This document shows positions 53,377 through 64,000 of a DNA stretch of 64,000 bases, one piece after another. This DNA is from Felis catus (taxonomy: Eukaryota), in assembly GCF_018350175.1 (NCBI RefSeq), contig NC_058368.1, positions 34,660,001-34,724,000 on the forward strand, given 5' to 3'. Numbering within the stretch: the first letter of the stretch is position 1; the number at the start of each line of letters is the position of its first letter. Both the position numbers and the translations under genes were made by a program. The notes beneath the pieces are model-generated. The model made no database searches and was not told the DNA's origin. It worked only from the letters and a program-made list of their open reading frames with translations.

Positions 53377-53879
53377 CCAAGAAAGAGATGGAAATGGAAA
53401 TATTCTGAAGCATTACGTTTCACCTTGATGAGGCAGGAAGCTTCTAAGTGACTCGAGCATACTAGGTGTTTGGTTTTCCATCTAGCAGCACAGAGGCTGC
53501 ACCCTGCCATAATCTGAGCAGCTTTTCCTGCCACCAGGGTCAGCCACTGGCTATCCAGTCTTCAGTAGGGGCCAACTCACTAATGTCAACTGGCCAAATG
53601 CTACTTCAAGACGTTCTTCTCAGCCCAGACTACAGAATGACACGAAGCATTGGTGAGAGCTCGATATGGCTCTTCACTTTAACAAAATGTTTTGTTTTCA
53701 GAAGAGTCATTATTGAGTGACCACCGCTTCATGATCTACTTATGGATGACTCTGACATTGACAAAATGCTTGGCTTTCACCAATAAAAGAATATACACTA
53801 TAAATTTAATCTCATCATTTATATATATATTTTTTCAAAATATTTTAGCATTTTTATTTAGAATATAAAGTAATATATC

Positions 53880-54087
53880 AGGGCACCTGGGAGTTCAGTT
53901 GGTTAAGGGTCGGTCATGATCTCACAGTTCGTGGGTTTGAGCCAGCATTGGGCTCTGTGCTGACAGCTCATCCTGGAGCCTGCTTCATATTCTGTGTCTC
54001 CCTCTCTCTCTCTGCTCCTACCTCTCTCTCTCTCTCTCTCTCTCTCAAAAATAAACATTAAAGAATTAAAAAAAAATAAAATAAATA
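53880..54087 (+). mobile_element. CanSINE
   Basis: 13-bp TSD aaagtaatatatc (53867-53879, 54088-54100); small internal deletion after ggttaag. Confidence 0.95.
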
Positions 54088-54236
54088 AAAGTAATATATC
54101 CATGGAGTAGGATGATCTCTCTTCCCATTTTAAGGTTCCAGTTATCTACTACTGAATTGTCCCAAGGAGTTTACACTGACTTTTATTCCCATTTTCTACA
54201 TAAGAGAAAAAGGAACTAATGTAATGAATATATTTT

Positions 54237-54454
54237 TTATTAAAAAAAATCAATGTTTATTCATTTTTGAGAGACAGAGAGACAGAGCATGAGTGAGGGA
54301 GGAGCAGAGAGAGAGGGAGACACAGAATCTGAAGTAGGCTCCAGGCTCCAAGCTGTCAGCACTGAGACCGACGTGAGGTTTGAACTCACCAGCCGTGAGA
54401 TCATTACCGGAGCCAAAGTAGGACGCTTAACCTACTGAGCCACCCAGGCACCCC
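54237..54454 (-). mobile_element. CanSINE
   Basis: Full antisense SINE; TSD atgtaatgaatatatttt / acataacgaatatatttt, differences consistent with CpG decay. Confidence 0.96.
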
Positions 54455-54847
54455 ACATAACGAATATATTTTAATATTTGCCTCTTCCCTTACTCCCCAA
54501 TGCTAAATTGTTTAATTGTCTCTTTATTAACTAATCCCACAGCTGCCTCCATACTTTTTCCAGGGTGAAGGCTTGGACGAATTCCCTCTTCAAATTTAGT
54601 CACCAGAGTCTCTGCAGCACATTGTCGACACAGTTTCAAAACACACATACACCAAATTTGTGCCTCCTATTCCCTGACAGGTAGCCACTCCCACTTTGCT
54701 CAACTCAGTAGTTGATGTACTTAATTTTTTTTATTTGCCCAATGTATACATGTTTGTGCATGTGTTTTATATGTATTTCATTGTCTGTGTGTCCAAGAAA
54801 GATACTATTAGATTTGAAAGGAAATTGAGAAGTTATTTTGTTAAATC

Positions 54848-54884
54848 TTTTTTTTCTTTCTTTCTTTTTTTGTTTATTTATTTT

Positions 54885-54916
<32 letters not shown>

Positions 54917-55064
54917 CATGCACCCAAGCAGAGAGGGACAAAGAGAGAGGAAGAGAGAGAATCCCAAGCAAGCTCTGTGCTGTCAGCACAGAGCCCATTG
55001 CAGGGCTTGGTCTTATGAACCATGGGATCATGACCAGAACTGAAACCAAGAGTTGGACACTTAA
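54848..55064 (-). mobile_element. CanSINE lacking its extreme 5' end
   Basis: T tail, (GA)n, agaatcccaagca...aagagttggacacttaa. Confidence 0.93.
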
Positions 55065-55170
55065 GGGACCAAGTTCATATTATTGGGATTATTAAAACAG
55101 AAGTTGTCAAGATATTTCTCAAGGTTGTGGCATATAGTTTCTTATCTTTAAAAGATGTTAACAAGAGCAT

Positions 55171-55228
55171 CTTCCCCCATTCATGCTCTGTCTCTGTCTC
55201 AAAAATAAATAAACTTAAAAAAAAAAAA
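55171..55228 (+). mobile_element. CanSINE 3' stub
   Basis: cccccattcatgctctgtctctgtctcaaaaataaataaac followed by an A tail. Confidence 0.85.
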
Positions 55229-55255
55229 GCTGCTGAGGATTCAACTCAGGTTTTT

Positions 55256-55460
55256 TTTTTTAAAATGTTTATTTATTTTTGAGAGAGAGACAGAGCATGA
55301 ACAGGGGAGGGCCAGAGAGAGAGGGAGACAGAATCTGAAACAGGCTCCAGGCTCTGAGCTGTCAGCAGAGAGTCCAATGCGGGGCTCGAACTCACGGACC
55401 GTGAGATCATGACCTGAGCCGAAGTCGGACGCTTAACCGACTGAGCCACCCAGGTGCCCC
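55256..55460 (-). mobile_element. CanSINE
   Basis: Perfect 15-bp TSD tcaactcaggttttt (55241-55255, 55461-55475). Confidence 0.97.
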
Positions 55461-56344
55461 TCAACTCAGGTTTTTAAAAAAAATAATAACACCATAAAAT
55501 AAGTAATGATATTTAATGAATTTTCACCATCATCCATATCTAAAAAGTTAGTAAATTTCAATTTGGCACAAATTGTTCTTACAATAGCCATAATATTTCC
55601 TTGTGCTTGCAATTTGATTTTTTAGGTAGTCATAAAACATTCACTTGAAAATTCTTTCTATGTTTCTCCAATGGATATATTTAATATATGCCTTCATATT
55701 AGTGATTTGCATTGTTCAATCTTATTGAAAAGGGATACATTCATTTCTCACTGCATTGCATAAAGTTTTGTGCTATAGGACTTGAAGAAACCCTGTGCTT
55801 TTGATTATAATATTTCATGTACTCCTGAGAGGGATCAAACATGCAATAACTAAAGGTTCTTTGTGTAATAAATGAGACCAGGTAAACAGCTTCTATCCCT
55901 TATTTTATCAATAACTTGTACAAGTGTGGTATTTAAATACAATGTTTAACTTATGAGAGTAAATATTCTAATTTGAAAAATTAATATAATGTCACCTTCC
56001 TAAAGAAATCCTGTATCTATGGTGATGTGCATGCAATATAAGGTGAATAAGAACGCTTTACAAGACAAAGTGCTATATAGAAATATGAGTCTATTGAATC
56101 CTGCATCTTCCACAGAACGACACTCACCTCTCAACAAGGATCCCAGTGGTGCACAAGAAATATGACCTAAACAAATAGGTGATATCTACCTAGTCTGTTT
56201 TGAAATTCGCTGGAAGAATTTTTCACATTGATGGGTACTATTTTATTTCATTTGACACTTTCAATGCCTACTGTAAAATTGCAACAGACCAAGCTAATGT
56301 TTAGGTCCTATGGATAATATTCCAAGTAAAAAATCCTGCCCAAT

Positions 56345-56640
56345 TTCTTTTAAATAATTATAGATTCATAGGAAGTTGCCAAATATGTAGAGTGGTCCAT
56401 GTACCTTTCACTCATGTTTCCCTGTAACAACTTGAATAACTGTAGTACAATATCAAAACCAAGAATGGACATTGATATAATTCACAGAGTTTATAGTTTA
56501 TAGTTCTGTATAGATATAGTTTTATCATATAAAGATTCATATAACCTTGAAAGCAATCAACATACAGAACTCTTCATTCCACAAAGCACCATTGTGCTAC
56601 CTTTTAATAGTTACACTTGTGCTGTCCTCCCTCCCTACCA
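56345..56640 (-). mobile_element. L1MC/MD-type extreme 3' end
   Basis: aataattatagattcataggaagttgc...aactgtagtacaatatcaaaaccaagaatggacattgat. Confidence 0.8.
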
Positions 56641-56644
56641 CCTG

Positions 56645-57348
56645 AATACAATAGAACTGACTTCACAACATCCTATAAAGCACAAGAAATCAAGACATTG
56701 TGGTATTGGCAAAAGAATAGACATGTAGTTCAATAGAACAGATAGCCCAGAAGTAGACCCACGCACAAATATAGTCAACTGATCTTTGTCAGAAGAGCAA
56801 AGGCAATTCAGTAAAGAAAGGATAAAAAGTGATAGACTTTTCAATAAATAAAACACTAGAATGACAGGACATCCACATACCAAAAACCAAACAAACAAGC
56901 AAACAAACAAAACCTAAACCATAGATCTTACATCTTTCACAAAAATTAACTCAAAAGGGACCCTAGGCCTAATGTAAAATGCACAAATATAAATCTAGAA
57001 GAAAACATAAGAGAAAATGTGGATGACCTTGGATCTGGTTATGATTTTTGGGTACAACTCGTTAAGAACAACTAGTGAGAGAGAAAATTGATCTCAAACT
57101 TTATTAAAATTAAAAATTTCTGCTGTGATAAAAACACTGTTACAAAAATGAAGATAAGCCACAGACTGGGAAAAAAATATTTGCAAAACATATGTCTGAT
57201 AAAAAGCTTGTGAGGAAAATGTACAAAATAGAGAAAAAAAACCTTAAAATTCATCAATAAGAAAACCAAAATATATATATTAAAAAAGAGAGAGAGAAGG
57301 CAAGAAATTTGAAGGAACATGTTGTCAAAGAAGATATATAGATGAGAA
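56645..57348 (+). mobile_element. L1 ORF2 distal segment, opposite orientation to the flanking L1
   Basis: aatcaagacattgtggtattggc; atagtcaactgatctttg; acaaaaattaactcaaa; aaatatttgcaaaacatatgtctgataaaa. Confidence 0.9.
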
Positions 57349-59891
57349 GAATTTTTATTTTTTTCATCAGAGTTTTGTAGTCTTTCACATGTAAATCCTG
57401 AAGATACTATATTTAAAGTATTTCATTTTTATGGCATTATTGCACAATTATCTTTTTAAAAATTCAAATTCCAATCATTCATTGCTGTTACATGGGAAAA
57501 TAAATGACATGTTTTTTAACTTCTGTCCTGTACACTTTATATACTCATTTACTAGTTCCAAGGGGCTTTTGGTGATTCTTTGGGATTTTTGTAGACAATC
57601 TTATCATCTGAAAACAAGAACGGTTTTATTTCTTCCTTTCCAATAGGTGTACATTTTATTTCTTTGTCTAGTGTTGCTGCACTAGCTAGGACTTCCAACA
57701 TGATGTCAGTCAGAGAGGAGGATTGGGAAAGGACATCCTGGCCTTGTTCCCAACAGTAGGAAAAACCTACCAGTGTCTCATCATTAAGCATCATATTGTA
57801 CATTTTTTGTAGATGCTCTTTATCAAATTGAAGATTTCCTCTATTCCTAGTTTCTGAAACTTTATCATAATGGGTGTTGATTTTGCTAAAAGCTTTTTCT
57901 TCATCATTTGATGTTGCACAATCTTTCATCCTTCACCTGTTCTTACAGTGGGTTACAATGGATATAGAAACTGTCTTATAAATCTGGAATAAATCTCATT
58001 TTATCATAGTATATGAAACTTTCACTCATTGTTGGATTTGATTTGCTAATATTTTTTGAATGTTTCTGCAACTATATTCAAGAGAGATATTTGTCTGTGG
58101 GTTTTCTTTCTTGTGTCTTTATGTGGTGTTGCAATTAGAATAAATCTGGCCCCAAAGAAAGGCTTAAGAAATGTGCCTCTGCTTCTATTTTTTGGGTGAG
58201 ATTGTTATAGAATTAGTATCATTTCTTCCACAAATATTAGTAGTTTCATGAGTGAAACTTCTGGGTGTGGTGATTTTTTTTTTCTTGGGACATTATTAAA
58301 TATTGATTCAATTACTTTAATAGATGTAGTTCTATTCAGATTATTCATTTCCCCTTGTGTTAATTTTGGTAGTTTGTGTATTTCAGTAAATTGGTCTATT
58401 TCATCTAAGTTATTAAATGGGGACAAAGAATTGACATAATATTCTTTTATTATTCTTTCAACATCCATGAAATCAGTAGTGACTCCTCTTTTGTTTTTGG
58501 TATTAATAATTTATCTTTTTACTCATATTTTCTTGGTTAGTTTGGCTACATGTTTATCAATTTTATTAATCTTTTCAAAGAACTAGTTATTAATTTTGTT
58601 GATTTTATTTATTGCTTTGTTGTTTTCAGTATCCTTGTTTTTTTTTAATTTTTTATTTATCTTCTGCTTGCTTTAGTTTTTTTTCTAGTTTCCTAGTTGA
58701 TTTTAGATCTTTATTCTTTTCTAATATTTTCACTTCATGCTATAAATTTCCCACTAAGCACCACTTTTTGTTTATCCTATATATTTTGATAGTTGTATTT
58801 ACATTTTTATTCAATTCAAAATATTTTAAAACTTCTCTTGAGATTTCTTTATAGAAACCTGTGCTTTTAGAAGTGTGTTGTTTGACAATCAAATACTTGG
58901 TGATTTTATTTTTTTTTAATTTGTGAAGGTGTGTTTTATGGTCCATAATATGGTTTATTTTGATGAACATTCCATGTGAACTTAAGAATGTATACTCTGA
59001 TGTTATTGGAGTACTCCATATATATGTCAATTAAATCAAGAAGACAGACAGTGCTGTTGAAGTCATTGATATTTTTACTGATTTTTCTACCTGCTTGATC
59101 TATCATTTACTGAAAGAGAATTGTTAAAATCTATGACTCTCATAGCAGGGTGTCTGTCTCTCCTTTCACTACTGTGCTATGCTTCACATATTTTGATGCC
59201 CTGGTTTTAGGTGCATGTACTTGTAGGGTTGTTATATCTTCTTGAGATTTGACTCCTTTTCATTATACAATGCCTTACTTTATCCATGATAGTTTCCCTT
59301 GTTCTGAAGACTGTTTGACTAAAATTAATATAATTACTCCAGCTTTCTTTTGATTAGTTGTAGGATGGTATATCTTTCACTATCTCTTTATTCTTAGCCT
59401 ATCTATGTCTTTATATTAAATGTAGAATTATTATAAACAATACATAATTCTTTTTTTTAATCCACTCTGACATTCTCTGTATTTTAATTGGTGCATTTTC
59501 ATTATTAACATTTAAAGTGATTATTATATAGTAAATTAATATCTACCACATCCAGAACTCTTGTATCCATTTCATTTGCTCTTTATTTTTCATTTTTTCT
59601 TCTAGTTTTATGCCTCCTTGGATTTCAAATGGATCACTGTTTATGTTTCCATTTTATCTTCTCCCTTAACATATCAATTCTACTTCTTATTTTAAAAATT
59701 TAGTGGTTTCCCTAGAGTTTCTAATACACATTTTAACCAATGTAAGTCCATCTCCAAATAATACTTTCCCACTTCATATGTAGTGAAGTTATGTATAGCA
59801 ATATTTCTAATTCCTTTGTTTCCTTGTGTAATTAATTTTACTTAGCATTTATGCTATAATCTCCCAATGTATTGTCACTATTATTAATTTA

Positions 59892-60113
59892 TTTTTTTTT
59901 AATTTTTTTTCAATGTTTATTTATTTTTGGGACAGAGAGAGACAGAGCATGAACGGGGGAGGGGCAGAGAGAGAGGGAGACACAGAATCGGAAACAGGCT
60001 CCAGGCTCTCAGCCATCAGCCCAGAGCCTGACGCGGGGCTCGAACTCACGGACCGCGAGATCGTGACCTGGCTGAAGTCGGACGCTTAACCGACTGCGCC
60101 ACCCAGGCGCCCC
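59892..60113 (-). mobile_element. Young SINEC_Fc-type SINE
   Basis: CpG-intact; TSD tattaattta (59882-59891, 60115-60124). Confidence 0.97.
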
Positions 60114-60327
60114 ATATTAATTTAAATAGTTATCTTTTAATCAAGAGTAAGAAAAATAGAATATCATATTTTTATTTTATTTATTCCTACTAAACACTCT
60201 TCCTTTCTTTATATAGATCCAAGTTTTTGGCCTATAACATTTTTCTTCTCCTTAAAGAACTTATTTAAACATTTCTTGCAAGGAAAGTGTTATGGGCTGA
60301 ATGTGTCCTCTCTAAATTCAAATATTA

Positions 60328-60764
60328 GGGGCGCCTGGATGGCTCAATCGGTTAAATGTCTGACTTGGCTCAGGTCATGATCTTGCAGTCTGTGAGTTGG
60401 AGCCCTGCACTGGGATCTGTGCTGACAGCCTGGAGCCTGCTTCAGATTCTGTGTCTCCCTCTCTCTCTGGCCCTTCCCCTCTTGAGCTCTGTCTCTCTCT
60501 CTCTCTTTCAAAAATAAAAAAAACATTTGGGGCGCCTGGGTGGCTCAGCCATCCGACTTCGGCTCAGGTCATGATCTCACGGCTGGTGAGTTCCAGCCCC
60601 GCGTTGGGCTCTGTGCTGACAGCTCAAGAGCCTGGAGCCTGCTTCTGCTTCTGTGTCTCCCTCTCTCTCTGCTCCTAACCCACTCACATTCTGTCTCTGT
60701 CTCTCTCAAAAATAAATAAACATTAAAAAAAATTAAAAATAAATAAATAAACATTTAAAAAAAT
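60328..60764 (+). mobile_element. CanSINE (outer) whose tail contains a second SINE
   Basis: TSD taaattcaaatatta (60313-60327, 60765-60779). Confidence 0.95.
60529..60740 (+). mobile_element. CanSINE (inner)
   Basis: Second ggggcgcctgggtggctcag head; flanked by aaataa...aaacattt on both sides. Confidence 0.95.
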
Positions 60765-62131
60765 TAAATTCAAATATTAGACTTAACTCTGTGATATATT
60801 TGGATGTAGAGCTTTTGAGAGGTAATTAGGTTTAGATGAAGCCATGAGGATGAGGCCCTCATGATGGGACTAGTGCCCTTATAAAAAGAGGAAGAGAAAC
60901 CAGGGCTCTTCCTTTCTGTCACACAACCAGAAGTTCGCTATCTACAACCCAAGGAGAACGCTCTCACCTGACAACAACCTTGCTGGCACCTTGACCTTGG
61001 ACTTCCAGTTTCCAGATCTGTGAGAAATAAATTTCTGTTGTTGAAGCACCAAGTGTCTATTTTATTATAACAGTCAGAGTTAAGACCGAACGTTCAGTGA
61101 TGATGAATTTCTCAGTTTTTGTTTGTCACAGAATAGATCTCTCTTTCATTTTTGAAATATAGCTTCAGTGGATATAAAATCCCAGGTTAGTGGGTACTTT
61201 TTTTCCTTTCAAACTTTCAATGTTTTATTCTAATTTTTTCTTCTTTGCATGGTTCTTGATGAGAAGTTCCCTATAATTCTTATCCTTGTTACTCTGTAGG
61301 TAATAAGGTTTTTCTTCTGTCTTCTTCCAAGATTTCCTTTCAAGATTTCCTTTTTGGCTTTGGTCTTCTGCAGTTTGAATATGTTATACCTAGGTAATGT
61401 TTGTTTGTTTGTTTGTTTGTTTGTGGTTTCTTTTTTGGAGTTTATCCTGGTTTGTATTCCTTGAACTTTTGAGTTCTGTTTTGATGTCTGTCATTAGTTT
61501 TTGAAAAGTTTTCAACAATTATTACTTCAAATATTTATTCTGTTCTGTTCTTTCTTCTGATATTCCAAATACAAAGATGTTACAATTTTGACATTATCCC
61601 ACCATTCTTGCATGTTCATTTCTTTTTCTCTCCCTTACCCCTTGGCATTTCAGTTTGGAAAATTTCTACTTACTGATCTTCAAGCTTGCTGATTCTTTCT
61701 TCAGCTAGGATCATAAGCCCATCAGAGACATTCTTCAGTACTGTTAGTGTTTTTCTTATTTCTAATTATCCTTGTGATTCTTAGAAATTCTATCCTTCTG
61801 CTTACATTGTTCATCTGTTCTCACATGGGCCCTTTACATATTAATCATAGTTATTAAAAAAAAACTGTAACACCAGTGTCATTTATGAGTCTGGTTCCTC
61901 TATTTTGTCTTTTAGGACTGTTTTGTTTTTTGTTTGTTTTTGTTTTGTTTTGTTTTCCTTGCCTTACCATCACAGCTTGTGATCCTTTGTTGAAAGCTGG
62001 ACATAGTGTACAGGGCAACAGAAACTGCAGTAAACAGGCTGTGAGGATTTATGTTAATCTGGCTAGGAAATGGACTATGGCTAATATTTGCTATAGCTTT
62101 GTGTTCCAAAGCATCAAATTCCTCTAATGTC

Positions 62132-62180
62132 TTTTTATTTTATTTTATTTTATTTTATTTATTTTATTTTATTTTATTTT
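62132..62180. repeat. (TTTTA)n repeat
   Basis: Directly visible. Confidence 0.93.
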
Positions 62181-63290
62181 GGTCTCCTCTCTTGATTTAG
62201 GCTTCCCTAAGTATTCCTCCTCAGAGAATATCTAATTCTTCCAGCTTTATCACCTATACTCCTCTGTTATTATAGTGGAATATAGTTAGCATGGTATTAA
62301 GGTTGGGAGCCGTAAGTGTTCTTTAATCTTATGATTAAATCCCAGTCTTATGGTGTTCTATGTTTCTGGACAAGTGTTTCTCCATTGATACAGCATCCTC
62401 CCCACTCTTAGGTAAGATGGCAAGGCTGAGAGAGACAGGTTTGGGATAAATTCCTCCAGGAGGGATAAGGCTCTGTTAAAATATTTTTCTCGGGACAACA
62501 GGCTCTTTTCCATAGAAAACACTCTGGGTATATTTCACAATGTTTACTTTTTTTTTTCCCTTACCAGAACCAGGAGAAGAGCTTTCTTGATCTCCAATGT
62601 GAGAACCCTTTGGGGTTCCTGGAGGCAAATGCCACGAGAATGTAGAGACCCTCTAAAATTGCAACCTCCAGGAACTTGATTATCATGTTAGCTCGCACTC
62701 AGCCTCCAACAACTTGTTAAATATCACTTTGGTGTTCCTACCATTTTATGGCTCTAGTGGTTTCTGTTCTAAGTAAGGATCTCTCTGTAACTCTGAGTTC
62801 ACCATTTTCTCCAGATTTCCAGATGGAGACGTGCCCTCCAACTTCATTTCTCTGGTGGGCCCAAGAAAAGCTGTTGATTTTCATTTCAATTAGATTTGTT
62901 TTTCATTCTTGTATGGATGTAATGACAATTTCTAAGCTCTTTACACATCAGAACTAAGTCAAGAACAATCATCCTGACCAATTTTTAATACCATTTGTGA
63001 CATATCATTTGTATATGTTATGGAGTTAATGAACAGTTATTATTATTAGCCTCTTCATGAGTTTTCAAACGCCCTAATCATGTGCTGATTTAAAACCAGA
63101 AATAACTTCAGGTAGTATTTACAAACAAATCCCTTAAAACTCACGTAATTGTTGGAGAAAAAAGCTAAATTCCAGATTGCATTTTATCTTTTTAAGTTTT
63201 AAAGTCTTGTTTTAGACTTGTGATAAGTCTGCATATTCTTATTTGAAATTGTTTATCATGCAACAATACTATATTAGCTTTGGTGCCTCA

Positions 63291-63560
63291 GGCTGCTTAG
63301 CATAGTTGTTTGGGGCAAATGTTAATGAAGCCAAGGTCACAGGTTTAATCCCCACATGGGTCAATTATCTTTCTAAGTTCTACTGCCACAGTTTGCCCTT
63401 TTTTCACAATCTCCAATCAGGAATTTTTCAAATGGGTATTATTGCTCACTGAGGGGATGGAATTAAAGCGCATGGCTTGAATTACTTTTAAGAAAAAAAT
63501 AACTCAATGTGCACATAGTCTAGCAAGACCAGTGGCTCTATAATCTTATAATAATGGGGC
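63291..63560 (+). mobile_element. Probable MamSINE1 (ancient tRNA-Ile-derived SINE)
   Basis: 63291-63363 aligns by eye to tRNA-Ile(AAT) (GGCCGGTTAGCTCAGTTGG...GCCAAGGTCGCGGGTTCGATCCCC...GGGCCA); downstream patches resemble the recalled MamSINE1 body. Confidence 0.65.
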
Positions 63561-63857
63561 ATTAAATATTTATGCTTTTTTCAGAGAGTAATTGGTTTTA
63601 GACTACCCTTTCAGGCAATGAATGACCAGCACATGAAATGACATGACACATCCAGAGTGAAACATATGTATATAAATTTGATAGATAAATGCACATACTG
63701 TGGGGAGATAAAGTGACATCATACATGCAAAGCAATGAGTTTTAAAAATCTACCAAAATAAAGTTCCATTCATGACTTTTGTATTATCACGTGCAAGTAG
63801 AGAACAGATATTTTAGAGCATTTACTATGTTTGACCAGAATATTTTCTTTATACTAT

Positions 63858-64000
63858 TTAATTTTTAAAAATTTTTTATGTTTATTTATTTTTGAGAGAG
63901 AGAGAGAGACAGAGAGGGAGAGAGTATGAGGAGGGAGGAGCAGAGAGAGGGAGACACAGAATCTGAAGCAGGCTCCAGGTTCCATGCTCTCAGCACAGAG
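63858..64000 (-). mobile_element. CanSINE, cut by the window edge
   Basis: T tail, (GA)n, gagacacagaatctgaagcaggctccagg. Confidence 0.93.

Larger units (their letters stand above)
60288..61087 (+). mobile_element. MLT1A/MLT1A0-like MaLR solo LTR split by two SINEs
   Basis: tgttatgggctgaatgtgtcc start; ggccctcatgatgggactagtgcccttataa; tgtgagaaataaatttctgttg...taagac end; near-TSD gaaag/gaacg. Confidence 0.85.
57350..62960 (-). mobile_element. Long decayed L1M (ORF2 RT/EN region, ORF1 and 5' region), interrupted by SINEs and an LTR
   Basis: Minus-strand ORF-track peptides resemble L1 ORF2p (EKAFSKI, LEVLASA...KEIK...IGKEEIK..LFSDD.IVY.NPKES; NLDEIDQF...LPKLTQ; EYTFLSSHGMF.KINH.M.HK); many stops and frameshifts. 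Confidence 0.9.

Noticed and set aside
57552..59030. L1 ORF2-like peptides as a functional reverse transcriptase/endonuclease
   Set aside because: Fragmented by stops and frameshifts; a fossil only.
1..64000. Six-frame ORFs as genes
   Set aside because: All are 138 aa or shorter, many use non-ATG starts, and most lie in SINE, L1 or microsatellite sequence. None resembles a cellular protein I recognise.

Overview
AT-rich mammalian non-coding DNA (intron or intergenic). It is almost certainly from a cat-family (Felidae) genome, judged from about 22 tRNA-derived carnivore SINEs (CanSINE/SINEC), four of which are young, CpG-intact SINEC_Fc-type copies with perfect target-site duplications (TSDs). 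The rest is decayed L1, MIR and L2, solo LTRs (MLT1, MLT2, MER34-like and one other ERV1-like), a MER5-like DNA transposon, a probable MamSINE1 with a tRNA-Ile-like head, and microsatellites. I can support no protein-coding gene, functional RNA gene or CpG island. The supplied ORFs are short chance frames or repeat-derived. I found no evidence of a new multi-gene system. The most notable signals are small-scale genome-history and structural features: a 104-bp copy placed 3 kb from its apparent source, a 32-bp duplication whose spacer is made of inverted local sequence, a four-level nested insertion, an internally inverted L1, a G-quadruplex motif next to an orphan poly(A), and a candidate non-coding exon. 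Repeat subfamily names come from recalled consensus sequences and need a RepeatMasker/Dfam check. Boundaries of old repeats are approximate.
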